Source of the DNA: Geosiphon pyriformis uo1
Taxonomy: Eukaryota > Fungi > Glomeromycota
Assembly (NCBI GenBank): GCA_016748015.1
Contig: JAAOMT010000307.1
Location: 7,357 to 71,356, forward strand
Direction: 5' to 3'
Length of the DNA stretch: 64,000 nucleotides
Shown: positions 1-12,214 of the stretch, one piece after another
Layout: each line of letters starts with the position of its first letter
Position numbering within the stretch: the first letter of the stretch is position 1
The notes under the pieces: generated by a model
Database searches by the model: none
Told to the model about the DNA's origin: nothing
Seen by the model: only the letters and a program-made list of their open reading frames with translations
Translations under genes and position numbers: made by a program

Positions 1-10
1 AAATTTATTA

Positions 11-150
11 TTTTTATTATTTAAAAGACACATATTATTGTTTTTTGTGAATTATTAAACAAAAACAACAACAATAATAATAATAATATTTTTAACTTAA
101 AAAAATTAATATATAATATTAAATAGAACTTTTTTAACAGTCAATAAAAA
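11..150. repeat. ~140-bp near-identical direct repeat, copy 1 (copy 2 at 1621-1760)
   Basis: tttttattatttaaaagacacatattattg...tttttaacagtcaataaaaa recurs at offset 1610 with about 3 substitutions; copy 1 may extend left of the window. Confidence 0.9.
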
Positions 151-694
151 AGTAATTTAAATTGTTAAAACATTAACGAATTTAATTACAGATTTATTAA
201 ATAAGTTAATTTTTGTAACTAAAATTTCAAAAAAATTATTTTAAATTAAACATAAAAAACTGAATAATAATAAAAATTTTAAACATAATAAACAGTTTTA
301 AAAAAAAATTTATATAATTTTAAATCAAATAATTTGAATTTTGATAATTATAATAATATAAATATTAAAAAACTTTTTTTTTGTACTTTTCAAGTTTCTT
401 AAAGAGCCTAAATTTTCAAAATAAGTTTTTTTTCTATTATATTCTTTACTATTTTACAAAAATCAAACTTTTTTGTCCTAAAATTAACAACTATTACTAG
501 CAGTAATATGGTTAAAAAAATTTAACAAAAGAGTTTTCTTATAATTCTACAAGTAATACTTTTATTGAAAATATTAAACACTCAAATAATAAATCTAATA
601 TGAATCTAACCAGGCTTTAAATAGTTTTAAGCATTTCTCTAACATAAAAATTGATACAAAAAAAGAAATAAACAATTTTTTATAAGCTAATAAT

Positions 695-714
695 NNNNNN
701 NNNNNNNNNNNNNN
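695..714. other. Assembly gap (20 N)
   Basis: Run of n at 695-714; it truncates the ORF at 715-940. Confidence 0.99.
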
Positions 715-940
715 TGTCTACTTTTAGCTCCTTCAATCCTTCTTCCAGCTCTTCCTTTTCGTGTTTCCATGCCTCCTTTTCTTCAGTGTCAGTCCACTTT
801 TTTCCTCTCATTTTGTTCTTTAATTCACTTAACCTATTTCCCTCCTCACTCTTCCTAAATTCCTTTAGCTCCTCCACGCATCTCTCATACTGGGTCGTAG
901 CCACTTCTAATTGACGTTTAATATCTTTAACGCTCGCCAT
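715..940 (-). CDS. First exon fragment of a coiled-coil header protein (paralog of the Crinkler-like gene at 35400-37970), cut by the gap
   Basis: Open MASVKDIKRQLEVATTQYERCVEEL...; aligns with MVSIKNIKRKLEDAKTEYKRCVKKL... at 37970 (-). The upstream ~100 bp is also homologous (tttgttatggtttagaaagatatggc vs tttgttatagtttgggaagatatggc). Confidence 0.6.
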
Positions 941-1620
941 GGTGTTTTGCGTATTTGTTATGGTTTAGAAAGATATGGCTTAATATATGTTTGGTGTCAA
1001 TGACGTTTCAGATCAGTATAAATTTACTATTTAGGTAACAAACCTGCTATTGTTAAAATTATCACAATAATCAGAGTTTTTAACCCCTGCAGTATGCCTA
1101 CATCATATAATTGTTATTTAATAATTATTGTATTGTGCAATATTCATTAATATGTTTATTGTTTTGTTAAATTAACATTATTATTTTTTTATATATTTTT
1201 AATATTGAATAAAATTTGTTTTATTAAAATAATTGTAAGTTTTAAAAATTAGAGTTAATACAATTAAAATTGAAAAAAATCAAAATATATTTTTATTATT
1301 ATTTTGTATATAAAATAAAATAAATTTAATAATTTTATTTTTTATTTATTAATTAAATGTAATATAATTAAAACTGAAAATATGTAATAAAAATATTACT
1401 TGGATATTTTTTATATATAACCAGTTATTTAAACTTATATTAAACAATAAAAATTAAAAATCTTATTTGTTTATGTCTTTAATTAACAACTTTTTATTTT
1501 AAACATATTCATATATTAAAGTTTTAATAATTTTATTAATACTTTTATATTAATACTTTATATTTTTGCAGAATTATTAGTTAGTCATTTTTTTATTAAA
1601 TAAATTTATTATTTTTATTA

Positions 1621-1760
1621 TTTTTATTATTTAAAAGACACATATTATTGTTTTTTGTAAATTATTAAACAAAAACAACAACGATAATAATAATAATATT
1701 TTTAACTTAAAAAAATTAATATTTAATATTAAATAGAACTTTTTTAACAGTCAATAAAAA
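1621..1760. repeat. ~140-bp direct repeat, copy 2
   Basis: Matches 11-150. Confidence 0.9.
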
Positions 1761-4670
1761 TACTAATAATAAAAATACTTCTTTAAATTCTAAAACAAAT
1801 ACTCTTAAAGCAAAATAAATTAATACTAATAAAATAAATAATTTTTTTCTTAAATTTCTGAATTTTAAAATAGATAAAAAGATAATATATCTTTATTTTA
1901 CTGTACTATTAATTTAAACAAAATTTAAATTTAAAAAAACAATTATTCTTTTAAAATTCAAGAAAATTATCAAATCTATTTTTACTTTAAAAAAAACATA
2001 AACAAAACTGTGGCTTTAACAATTAAAATAAAAATTTTAGCCAATAAAAATTTCAAAAACAAGAAAACTATTCAGATTAAACTGTAATAATAATAAAAAT
2101 TTCTATAAATATGTTGAAAAACTGTTGTAAAATTTGCTTAATTAAATTAAACTAATTTATTGATATTTAAGTAGTTTATTTTAATTAAAAAAAATTTTGT
2201 ACATATAATTAAGCTCAAAAAAGATCAAATAACATAATTATTAAAAAACTAATTCAGAATATTGTTGTTTATTTTGTTTATAAATACAACTATTTATAAT
2301 TTTAGTATTTTTAAAAAAAGCAAAAGAAAAAACTTGAATTATAAATTGCTTATTTAAGATTAGTACTAAAGTTTATTGTATAACTATATGCTTTAAATTT
2401 AAGTAAGTTTTAGATTAAACATTTTATACTATTTTTGTTTTTCATAAAGTTAATTTCTTTTGAATCCAAACTTAATTTAATTTGTTATAAAAAATATAAG
2501 CATTTTAAAAACTTTATTTTAAAATGTAATTTTCTAAAATTTTTGTCTTTCTACGCAAAAAATTTATAAACACATGCTTTTTAATGATAATTATTCTTAT
2601 TTACTTATCTAAATGCTAAAAAAAAGATTTTTATTTTATATTTAGTAATTTTTAATAATAAATTATAAGTTTTAGTAGTTTTTTTTAACCAAGTACTAAG
2701 TAATAATTCTAAACAAGTTTTGTCGAAATTGAATGTTCTTTTTATTAAAGTTTTTTTATTGACTTAATGTTGAAATAAATAAATAAAAGTTTTAAACTTA
2801 ATTCTTAAAAAATTAAATATTTTGTTTTTTTTTTGCTATTAACAATTATTTTTAATATAATATCTGCAAATTTTGGTATTTTATATTTGTAATTAAGCAG
2901 TTAAGTAGTTTTAAAGCAAATATTTAGACTTTGAAACATAATTTTGTTAAAACTTAATGCTATATTTTTTGAAAATAATATATATTTTATTTCTTTTCTA
3001 TAATTAATTTAATTTGAAATATTGTTACATATAATATTAAAAGTATAAACAAATTTATTAAGAAAAAACCATCATATAAATTATATAAAAAATAAATAGT
3101 CAGATTTTATTATTACTAAGACAAAATTAAAGAATCAAATTAAATTTAGATAAAAAATAAGTTTAATAATATACAAGTTTTTATATTTGATTTAAATTTT
3201 TTTATTTGAAATTGGTATTATAATTATTATAAACAATAGTTTAATTTATTATATTTACAAAATTATTAAAATTATTAACTGTTTTTTATTAGTTAAACTA
3301 ATATTTAAGAACAAACTTTTGGTTTTGATTTTAGGTTTATATACTGATGTTTTATTAATTATATATATTAATTATATTTTTTGTATTTACTACTTTTAAA
3401 TAAAGTTTAAATTTTTTTGATTTTTTATAAATTTTTAAAATTGTTATATGTACTTGTATTTCTTACTTTTTAGGCTTTTTTATAATTTTTAATCTATTTT
3501 AATAATATATATAAAGTCTAATTTATTCAAGTAAACTTTTTATCTTTGCTGTTTTAAAATAAAATTCAAATATTTTTTTTATTTTATATTATTTTATATC
3601 TATTATTAATAAAAAAATACAAACTTTTAAAAACGCAATTATTATTAATACTAATGCCAATAACAGAATAACTTTTAAGCTTTTTCGTTTTAAAATTTTT
3701 AGCTATTATTTTAAATATGTATAAATAATAATTTATATTTCCTAAAAGTCGAAATTTTCACAAAAAATATTTACTTTTTTATTTATTTATTTATTTTTAA
3801 TTACATATATATAAAAAATAAATTGTAAAATTTTTTTTTATTCAAAATATTTAGTTAATAAAAAATACAAAAACAAAACATTATTATTAATATATAATAC
3901 TTTTTGTTAAATATAAAATTTATTAAAAAATTAAAGCTTTTTTTGGATTTTTTAAGTTTAAATGTTTTATAAAACAAATACTAAAGTTATTTAATAAAAA
4001 TTTTTTTAGTTTAAGAAATAAATAATACCAATTTTTTTTTTTAGTCTTTTTAACACATAAATAAATTAATTACTCTTGTAATTAACAATATAGTATATAT
4101 ATTATCTAATATAAAAAGCAAAAAAATAAGAATTAAATAATTGAAAATAATTTTGCTTAATATTATTATAAAATAAAAACATAAATAACAAATATAATAG
4201 AACAAAATATTTACAAACTTATTTATTAAAATTTTAATATACTGAACAATATTATATAAAAGATGACTAAATATTTAATTTGACTAAGAACAATATAAAT
4301 TTATTATGCTTTATTAAAATTGCAAAAATAAAAAGATTATATTTTCTTATATAATATTTATATTAATTAGATAATATTTTATTAATAATTAAAATATTTA
4401 AAATTAAATATCTTAAATATAACTTTGTTTAAATATATTTTGGAAATATATAATTTGTGATATTACATATTTACTTTATTAATATATTTAATCTACATAA
4501 TTTATTAAGTATTTACTTTATATATATTATCTGTAATAATAACTAAAATTTTATATTATATTTTAATTTTTAAATACTTTGTATAAATAAACAAAATTTT
4601 AATAAAATAATAAATATTAAAAACAAAATAAGCTGGCTAATTTCTATTTAATATTTTTATTTGCTATCTT

Positions 4671-5110
4671 ATTTGATATTAAGAAAAAACTTCTTTTTCT
4701 CTTATGTTTTAAATACCTAAAAAAGTGTATTTTTTGAAAGAAGTGTTTTTTCTGTCTTTGCTTATTTCTTATTATTTAGTTAGATATCTCAAAACTTTTT
4801 CTGTTTAATTATAAAGCTACCAGTATTTGCAGTGGTTTAAGTATGAAAGAAACCAAAAAAAAATCTGTAATTTCGGATGTGTCTGTTAAAAAAAACACAA
4901 AAATGGTATTTTAAAAAAACCTGTTGTTAAAGTCAGTGCTGGCATTTTTCAGGAGTTGTTTAAGACTAATGAGATAAATAATTCAGATGTTGGCAACACT
5001 ATTAATACAAAAATCATAGATATAAATAAAGAGTTTCTAATAAAAAAACTGGGTTTCAAGTTGTTGAAAATAAATAAGCAAACACAAAAGTCTTTGAAAT
5101 CTGTTGACAC
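4671..5110 (+). mobile_element. Decayed 5' fragment (5'UTR + ORF1 N-terminus) of the LINE family
   Basis: SDVGNTINTKIIDINKEFLIKKTGFQ (~4983-5060, allowing one slip) resembles SENSDTIESESINIKKKCLVEETSVD of ORF1 at ~23140-23215 (-); tttgatattaagaaaaaacttctttttctc resembles the 5' end at 26085-26117. Confidence 0.5.
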
Positions 5111-5429
5111 TTAATAATTTTTTGTAATTCAATTGGAAAATAATAATTTATTTGTATTAAATAAATTAGAACATGCTCAAAATTTTTTACATTTCGAATT
5201 ATTGAAATAATATAAAATTTTGACAAAATATACAATTTATTATTGTGAAATTTGTAAATTTTTCTGTTCCAACAATTAAAATTACAGTCTTGATTAAAAT
5301 GTTCCTATTACATATTTTGAATTAGCATATTTATATTGTTTTTAAAATATGAAACAGTATTAAAACATTTAATAAACAAGTAAAGCAAAACTATATATAA
5401 AAAGTAATAAATGCTACAAATAAAACATG

Positions 5430-7089
5430 AATACAAGCATCGATGCAATTTGACATACTATCTAACAATTAATCGAATTCAGATGATAAGGTCATTAGAC
5501 TTCTTGAACAAAGACATTTAACATCAATAAAATTACTTGGATTTGGTTTGCTTCCAAGTGTATTTTTGATTGGCTTTGAATAAATCAATCCAACATTTAA
5601 ACTTTGTTTTCTTGAGATGTATGACTTTATTGTGTGGAAACCAAGATTATTTAATCTGTAATAAGTTTTGGTTTAATGTTAAATTTTAAATTCTACATTT
5701 TTTTACAAGCTTTAAAATAATATATATAATGCTTTAATAAATTTTTAGCTTAGAAAAATAAATATTGTTTTTTATTGTATTTTCCGTTATTTATTTAAAA
5801 AAATGGTCACAATATTCTGTTAGGCTTCTATATGCTAAAAAATTTATAAATAGATGTAAAAAATCAAATATATGTGTATCTGAATAAAACAATTAAATAT
5901 ATAAATATTTAAACGAATCAATAATAGAGTTAAAATATTTATCTCTTTATGCTAGTATTATATATATCTTTCTTTAAAAAAAATTTGTGTTCTTTTTTCT
6001 CATTAAAAGAAAAGGTACTAAAAGTTATCAACTCCTATCAGTTATTTGATTTTGTTCAGGCTTTAGCTTTGAAATATTGACAAATATTTCTACTGCAAAA
6101 TAGAATAGATTTTTAATATTCTTTTGCTTCAATCTGATTATTTCAGTTCAATATTAATTCAACTTAGTTTACTTTAAAATTATTTATTGAAAATAATTTA
6201 TGAAATTAGGATGTTGCCAGTCAAAAAATAAATTCTTGAAAGCATTTGTATTAAAATTAACCAACCATATGGAAAGTCCATTACAGCACAAGTTTATAAT
6301 AGTTTTTTTTTAATGTTAGTCATTAGCTTATTTTCTAAAAAAATATTATATAACAAACCGAATTCAGAAAAAAGGTCAGATAAATAAAACACAATTTTTC
6401 TGTACTGAATTAAAAATATATAGTTCTATTTTATAGCATAGGCATTTTTAAACTAAAATACTTAATTACTTTCCGGCTTTATTATTGTAAACTCAATAGT
6501 TTTGTATTATAATAGTATCCAATTACAAGCTGCTCAAATTTTAATTAGATTAATAATTACATATTCAATCAAAGCTCTCTAACAATGAAATTTCTTGAGT
6601 AAAAACATTCGAATTTTTTCTGCTTCCTAAATACCTCTAAAACAACTAAATTATCAAATTTTAATAATAATAGTAAATTTTATATTATAAATTTGTGCCT
6701 CCTGTTGTTTTTTTAAGAGATTTAACTGTTAAAGCTTTCTACGGACTTTATAACTATAACTAACGAGTGTTTTGAGCAACTAAATAATTATCCTATATTT
6801 AAAAACAATACACTAATTTAAAGATGAAATGAAATTACCCAAAAATGCATATATAAATTGCTGAATAATTGAAACTCCGCACTTAATTAACAGTAATATC
6901 ATAATTTAAACTAAAAAAAGGAATATCCCTACCGCCAGCATTACTAACGAAGCCCAGGGTACCATAATTTTCAGTTCTATCATACCTCTTTACGTTATTT
7001 GAAGCCGGTAGAGCCGAGACGAAGATATGTGCGGGAAGAATTGTTGCCACCAAAAAAATAAGAAATGCAAGGGCAAATTGTAGGTTCAA
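5430..7089 (-). pseudogene. Putative multi-exon secreted-protein pseudogene
   Basis: 6883-7089 reads as a hydrophobic signal peptide (LQFALAFLIFLVATILPAHIFVSA/LP) plus a KR site. It starts on TTG, has an in-frame TAA at 6883, then a GTAATT donor (~6838). Further coding-like patches lie at ~6200-6290 and ~5430-5650; linking them into one gene is inference. Confidence 0.45.
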
Positions 7090-8132
7090 AATTTTAGAAA
7101 AATTAAAATTGGTAGAAAAAGCAAAAAAGTTATTTAGTGAAAAATTTAATGTTTTTAAGGAATATTTGTTGATTTAATTGATTGATTTCAAAGGTGCTTT
7201 TTTTTGGTGAGCCTTCGACCTTGTTTTATAGAAAAAATTTTCTAGTTTGATTCTAGCTTGAAAAGGATTTAATAAATTTATGATTTCACTTTTAAATTAA
7301 AATTTATCGATACATGATTATTAATTTTAACGAGACGGGATCAAGAATATTTAGCCTCTTACCTTTTTGAATATCTCAATTAAATATTTTTCATTCGGGA
7401 GGGATAGGAAAAATAAAAGAAATATTTTATGACGAAATCTACTATTTAAAGATTTTTCGACTTATTAATTAACTTGATTCTATTAACATCATATAAATTA
7501 TGCATTTAATCTTTCTCTAATTGTAATGTTCAAATAGGATCCAACCCAAAGATCAGAAAAGTTGTTGATTTTATTATTTGAGTCTGCCTAAATGAAAATA
7601 TAAAAAAGACCTTAGTTCTATTTCAGTTTTCAATTTTTCGTTAGATATTAAATTAAATAGTGATAAGCAATTTCTGAAATCAAAATCAAAGAATTATTTG
7701 TTTGTAAGCTAATGATATCACTTACTCTTCTTTAAACTTTGGTTAGCCTTATTTGGAGATATGATCTAATATATATTAAAAAAGATAAACTTTAATTAGG
7801 TGTCCAGTAAACGATCAAAGTCAAACAAAAAAACAAAATAAACTGGCTAGGAACATCCAAGTTTACTTGATTATTGAAAAATAATTAGTTCACCGGGTTA
7901 AATTATTTCAGGTGAATGAATTTCCACAATAGAAAAAAGTAAAAAAAACAATCAATAACAAAGTTGATTGGAACCTATTTCTGCCAAGTAATTATTTTTT
8001 CGAAAAATAATAATCGTGTATTCGTGCAGTATCAAAATCCAGTTGCTTTTTTAATGATACAATTCATACTTGATAAAAGGGGCTTTATGAATTAAATGCC
8101 ATATTGAACCATGACTTGCATCAAAATCTCTG

Positions 8133-8167
<35 letters not shown>

Positions 8168-8424
8168 GTGATTGTGAATTTTTATAATTGCACGTTTTAT
8201 TAACTAAATTAGAATTAGGAAAAAACTGTATGTTTTATTAGCAAAAAATACAAATGTTAAAGTTTTAAACTTGAAGAATCTCGCGTTTTGTTAATGAAAA
8301 AAATCTTATTATGACACTTTAAAAAATTATCAATGGCTCAAATCAATAACGTTTAATAATGATGTTATTATTATTAATCACAGTATAAACATATATTATT
8401 TTTTAAAAATTTGGAAACACTAAA

Positions 8425-9850
8425 AATTTAGAAAAATTATATACAGAATGTTTACAATAATGCATTTTTCAAATAAAAAAAGCAATATAATACATATTTA
8501 TAAGGTTTTTCTTGGCTATTTTGGTTAATTAAACGATGTAAATTTTTCCAAAATTAGGCTGTGAATTTTTCAAACAGCAATAAAATAGTTTAGAAACAAA
8601 TTTCCATTCAAGATACGGCTAAGAGACAACATCCCAATAATTTTTTTTAAATTAATCATCTACGCAATCAGATTTATTGTCAAAACCACTAAAGGTAATT
8701 ACTGTATTCAAAATTACTGTTTAACCATTTTAGAATTATTAATTTCTCTTGAATTTTTATTCCTTTCTGGAAACTCATATAAAAAAAAATATTTATTAAC
8801 CCTAAACTTTAGCGTTTCTAGAACCACATAAAACACATAATTAATTGGTTTCAAATATTTGTTGATAAGATGCTCCTTATGCAGAAAATGCACTTATTGT
8901 AATGTGAAAAAATTTGGTGTTAAATAAAATTTCTTTGACAAATTTACTTCTGGAAACCAATTTTGCCTGCAGCTACTTTTTTGAAGCCAAAATCTGGTCA
9001 ATTAATTAGATTTCATTTTTGAAATAATTTTGAGCTAAATTGTAAGAGTCTTTTAATAAAAAATGTTTTTTTTGCCAGCTAAAATTATTTTTTCTTAGAT
9101 ATGTAAACTTGGTATTTGAAAACACAAAATGACAAAATATATGAGCAAACAGAATGAGATCACCGAAAATACTTTTGATAATTTATAAGAAGTGTATCAT
9201 GTCTTATAGTCTTTTGATCTGAAATTTTTTATTTGACCCAATGAAAAAAATAAAATTTCCATATTGAAAAAATTTTAACATTAGAATAAGTTAATTACGT
9301 TAAAAATTTTTGAAAGTTAGAAAGTTTATATATAGCATGAAGTTTTTTGTTTAAACAAATAAGTAATTATGCATTCAGTAAAAATAGTTGTAAACTTAAA
9401 TTATACACTTTTATGAATCTTACTATGAGTATTCAAAACAATTTTAAATTTTAAAGCCTAGAAGATTTAAAAGATTCTAAGATAAAGGATTTTCTAAAGC
9501 AATATTTTGTCTGATCAAATATTTAAATTATATTAAAAACCATTGAGCAATTTTTGACTTGGCTTTTTTCTAAAATATCATTGGTTTTGAATATTTGAAC
9601 TTTCCCAATTTTTTATGTTCTTCCCAAAATATAGACTATAATGAAAGCAATAATATTGTTAAATTGAAAGAAATTTCTCTTTATATGCTTACAAGTATCT
9701 CAACTCCAAAGGTCTTAAAAAATTTGAATAATGGAATGATATTTGCAAGCTTCTAAAAAAATATTCTAATTTCAACCTTTATATCAAATTTTTTATATAA
9801 AATAGTAATGATACATTTATAAACAATTTTATAAGGCTGAAAAATAATAT
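8425..9850 (+). pseudogene. Highly decayed F-box/LRR-like gene
   Basis: LEKLYTECLQ*CIF and AILVN*TM fragments resemble the F-box pattern LPxECLxxIF...ILVNRxWC; downstream coding-like LRR-type sequence has many stops. Boundaries approximate. Confidence 0.35.
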
Positions 9851-10099
9851 TTTTAAAAATTATAATAAAATTTAATATTTAAATTTAGTTAATTGGACAT
9901 AATATTTTAAAAATTTTAATCTCTTTTAAAATTTTCAGGGTGAAATAATTTTTCAATTATCAATATTTTAATTAGATAAAAAAATTTAATTCAAAAAAAT
10001 ACTTGTTTAATTTTAAAATTTCTGTCTATTATCAAAATTTGGTTCTATTCTTTTTAAATTTAATAATAAGTAATTGTCAAAAATATAAAAAACTTGTGT

Positions 10100-11480
10100 A
10101 TTTTATCAGATATATACGATAATATCAAGTTACTGGAAACTATTTTTTTGATAATAAAATCAATTTTCGAAAATTTAAAGTGGTTTTAAATAATTCATTC
10201 AAGCTTTTTCGTCTTCAAAAATTCTCTCAAGTTTTGCCATAATTCCCAAAATTTTTTTTAAAATAATATTAAATTATAAATCTCTTGATTTTTGGATTTA
10301 AAATAGGATAAAGGATTTTAAAATGGCTATTTTTATTTTTTTTCATTTAACTAATGATTAAAAAAGTGTTATCAAGCAACAAACCTAATCCAAATATTGA
10401 TACAAGACTCATAAACTTAAATAAAATTTTCTTTCAATTTTTAAGATAATGAAAGAAATATTTATCAACCAAGTCTAATATAATGTTTAGAAATTTTCCC
10501 AAATTTTTACAATTTTTTTTCATTCAGAAGAAGTTACTCTAAATTACTTAAAGACCGATAGTATTATTAGAACTTCCACTGATGAATTGTGCAAAGGCAA
10601 AAATTTTTTTTTAGTTATTAATACAAATAGTATCATGATTTGAATTCTATGAATAAACCTTCATATGTTTGTTGATCTTTTGAAGCATGGACGAGTTCGA
10701 AAAATTCTGTTCTAGCATTCAGCTTGGTAATAGTAATAAGTCAGAATACAAAGATGTTAACATAACTTTCAAAAGACCGAAAAGAATTGTTACTTAGCAT
10801 ATTCTCAAAAAACTTCTTAGGTAGATCAACTTTAATGTTGGCAATAATGATAAAAATAATATATTGGGCAGCTTTTTCTTTATTATTTCTTTTTTTTTCT
10901 AAAGTTTTTGGTAAATATTCCGGTTTGCAAATCTTTTGTTTTGGATATCAATCTTTTTACTGTGTCTGAAAAATCTGTTCAAAAAAAATTAAAAGCTGTT
11001 AGAAATTTTTTCTTTAATATAAATAATTTTGGGAAGATTTCTATTTTCTCAAAATTTAATAAAATAATCTGAGTGTCTTTTACTTTTAAAAAGGCAATAA
11101 TGGCTTCAGCAAATTTAGCAAATGTTGAGAGTATTATGGTGATCACTAATTTTAAGCATTTAATAAACAATTAAACAAATTAGACAATAGTAATCAAGGA
11201 AATTTTTGTAAAAATATTTTCAGAAATTGTGCAGACTGTGCTTGTCAATTTTAGTATTATTAAGTCGATTAAAATGCAATTGGTAAGACTGTAACAAAAA
11301 GCAATTATAAAATTGGATAATTAAAATCAAACTAATTTCCTGGCTTCTAAGTGGTTTATTTTCATTATAAAAAACACAGTTTATATAACAAGAACTGATA
11401 TTAATAAACAATTATAAGATACCAGAAATAAATTTAAGGCTTTGTTTTATATACTTTCTATAGAAACAAAAACTCATGAT
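10100..11480 (-). pseudogene. Highly decayed F-box/LRR-like gene, convergent with the previous one
   Basis: KALNLFLVSYNCLLNISSCYINCVFYNENKPL resembles LYSCLLVNRxWC...LWxxP; broken coding-like ORFs 10979-11411. Boundaries approximate. Confidence 0.35.
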
Positions 11481-12214
11481 CTTTGGAATTTTATTGGTTC
11501 TATTGGTAAGAAAACCTGTATAATTAATTACAATTCTGTTATTATACTTGTATTAAGTATACTACTGTGTGTTTTAATTTAGAGAAAAGCTTGATTAAAA
11601 TAATGGCTATATTCTTTATTATAAAAGATATTACATTTTATTGGTTCTGTTTGTCTTTAAAACAAAAATAATTAAGAATTTTTATGTTTTTAAGATAAGT
11701 TTTATTGGAGTTAATTTGTAAAGATGTTTAATGAAGATTATTTCTAACTGAAATACATTTTTTCTAAAAAAAAAAGCTCTTTTTTTATACAATTTGTTAT
11801 AGTACTATTCTATAATATACCACTTTTTTTTTCTAATATTTGGCAAACTAAAAATATATTTTGTTAAATTATAAGTTATTTTTGTAAACTATAGATTATT
11901 TTAGTAAACTGTTGAATATTTTGTCGAATTAATAAATATTTAAATATTATAATTTGGTTATATTTGTGTTAAATACAAACTAAATTATTAATTAAATAAT
12001 AATTCAGATAATTTAATAAGATAATAAATAATAAATTGAAATAATAATATGTACTAATAATAAAAAAATATAAGAATAATTTTATGTTAATTAATATCGT
12101 AAATTTCAACTAGTAATAATAGGTACACTTCTTTTAATTATAATTAAATGAATAATAAATTGGTGTTTAAAAAAAAACTCTATTTTTGACTATAAACCAG
12201 TTTAAGTTAATTCA

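Noticed and set aside
680-714. C-terminal extension of the 86-aa ORF (XXXXXXXIISL)
   Set aside because: Read-through across the N gap; not a real terminus.
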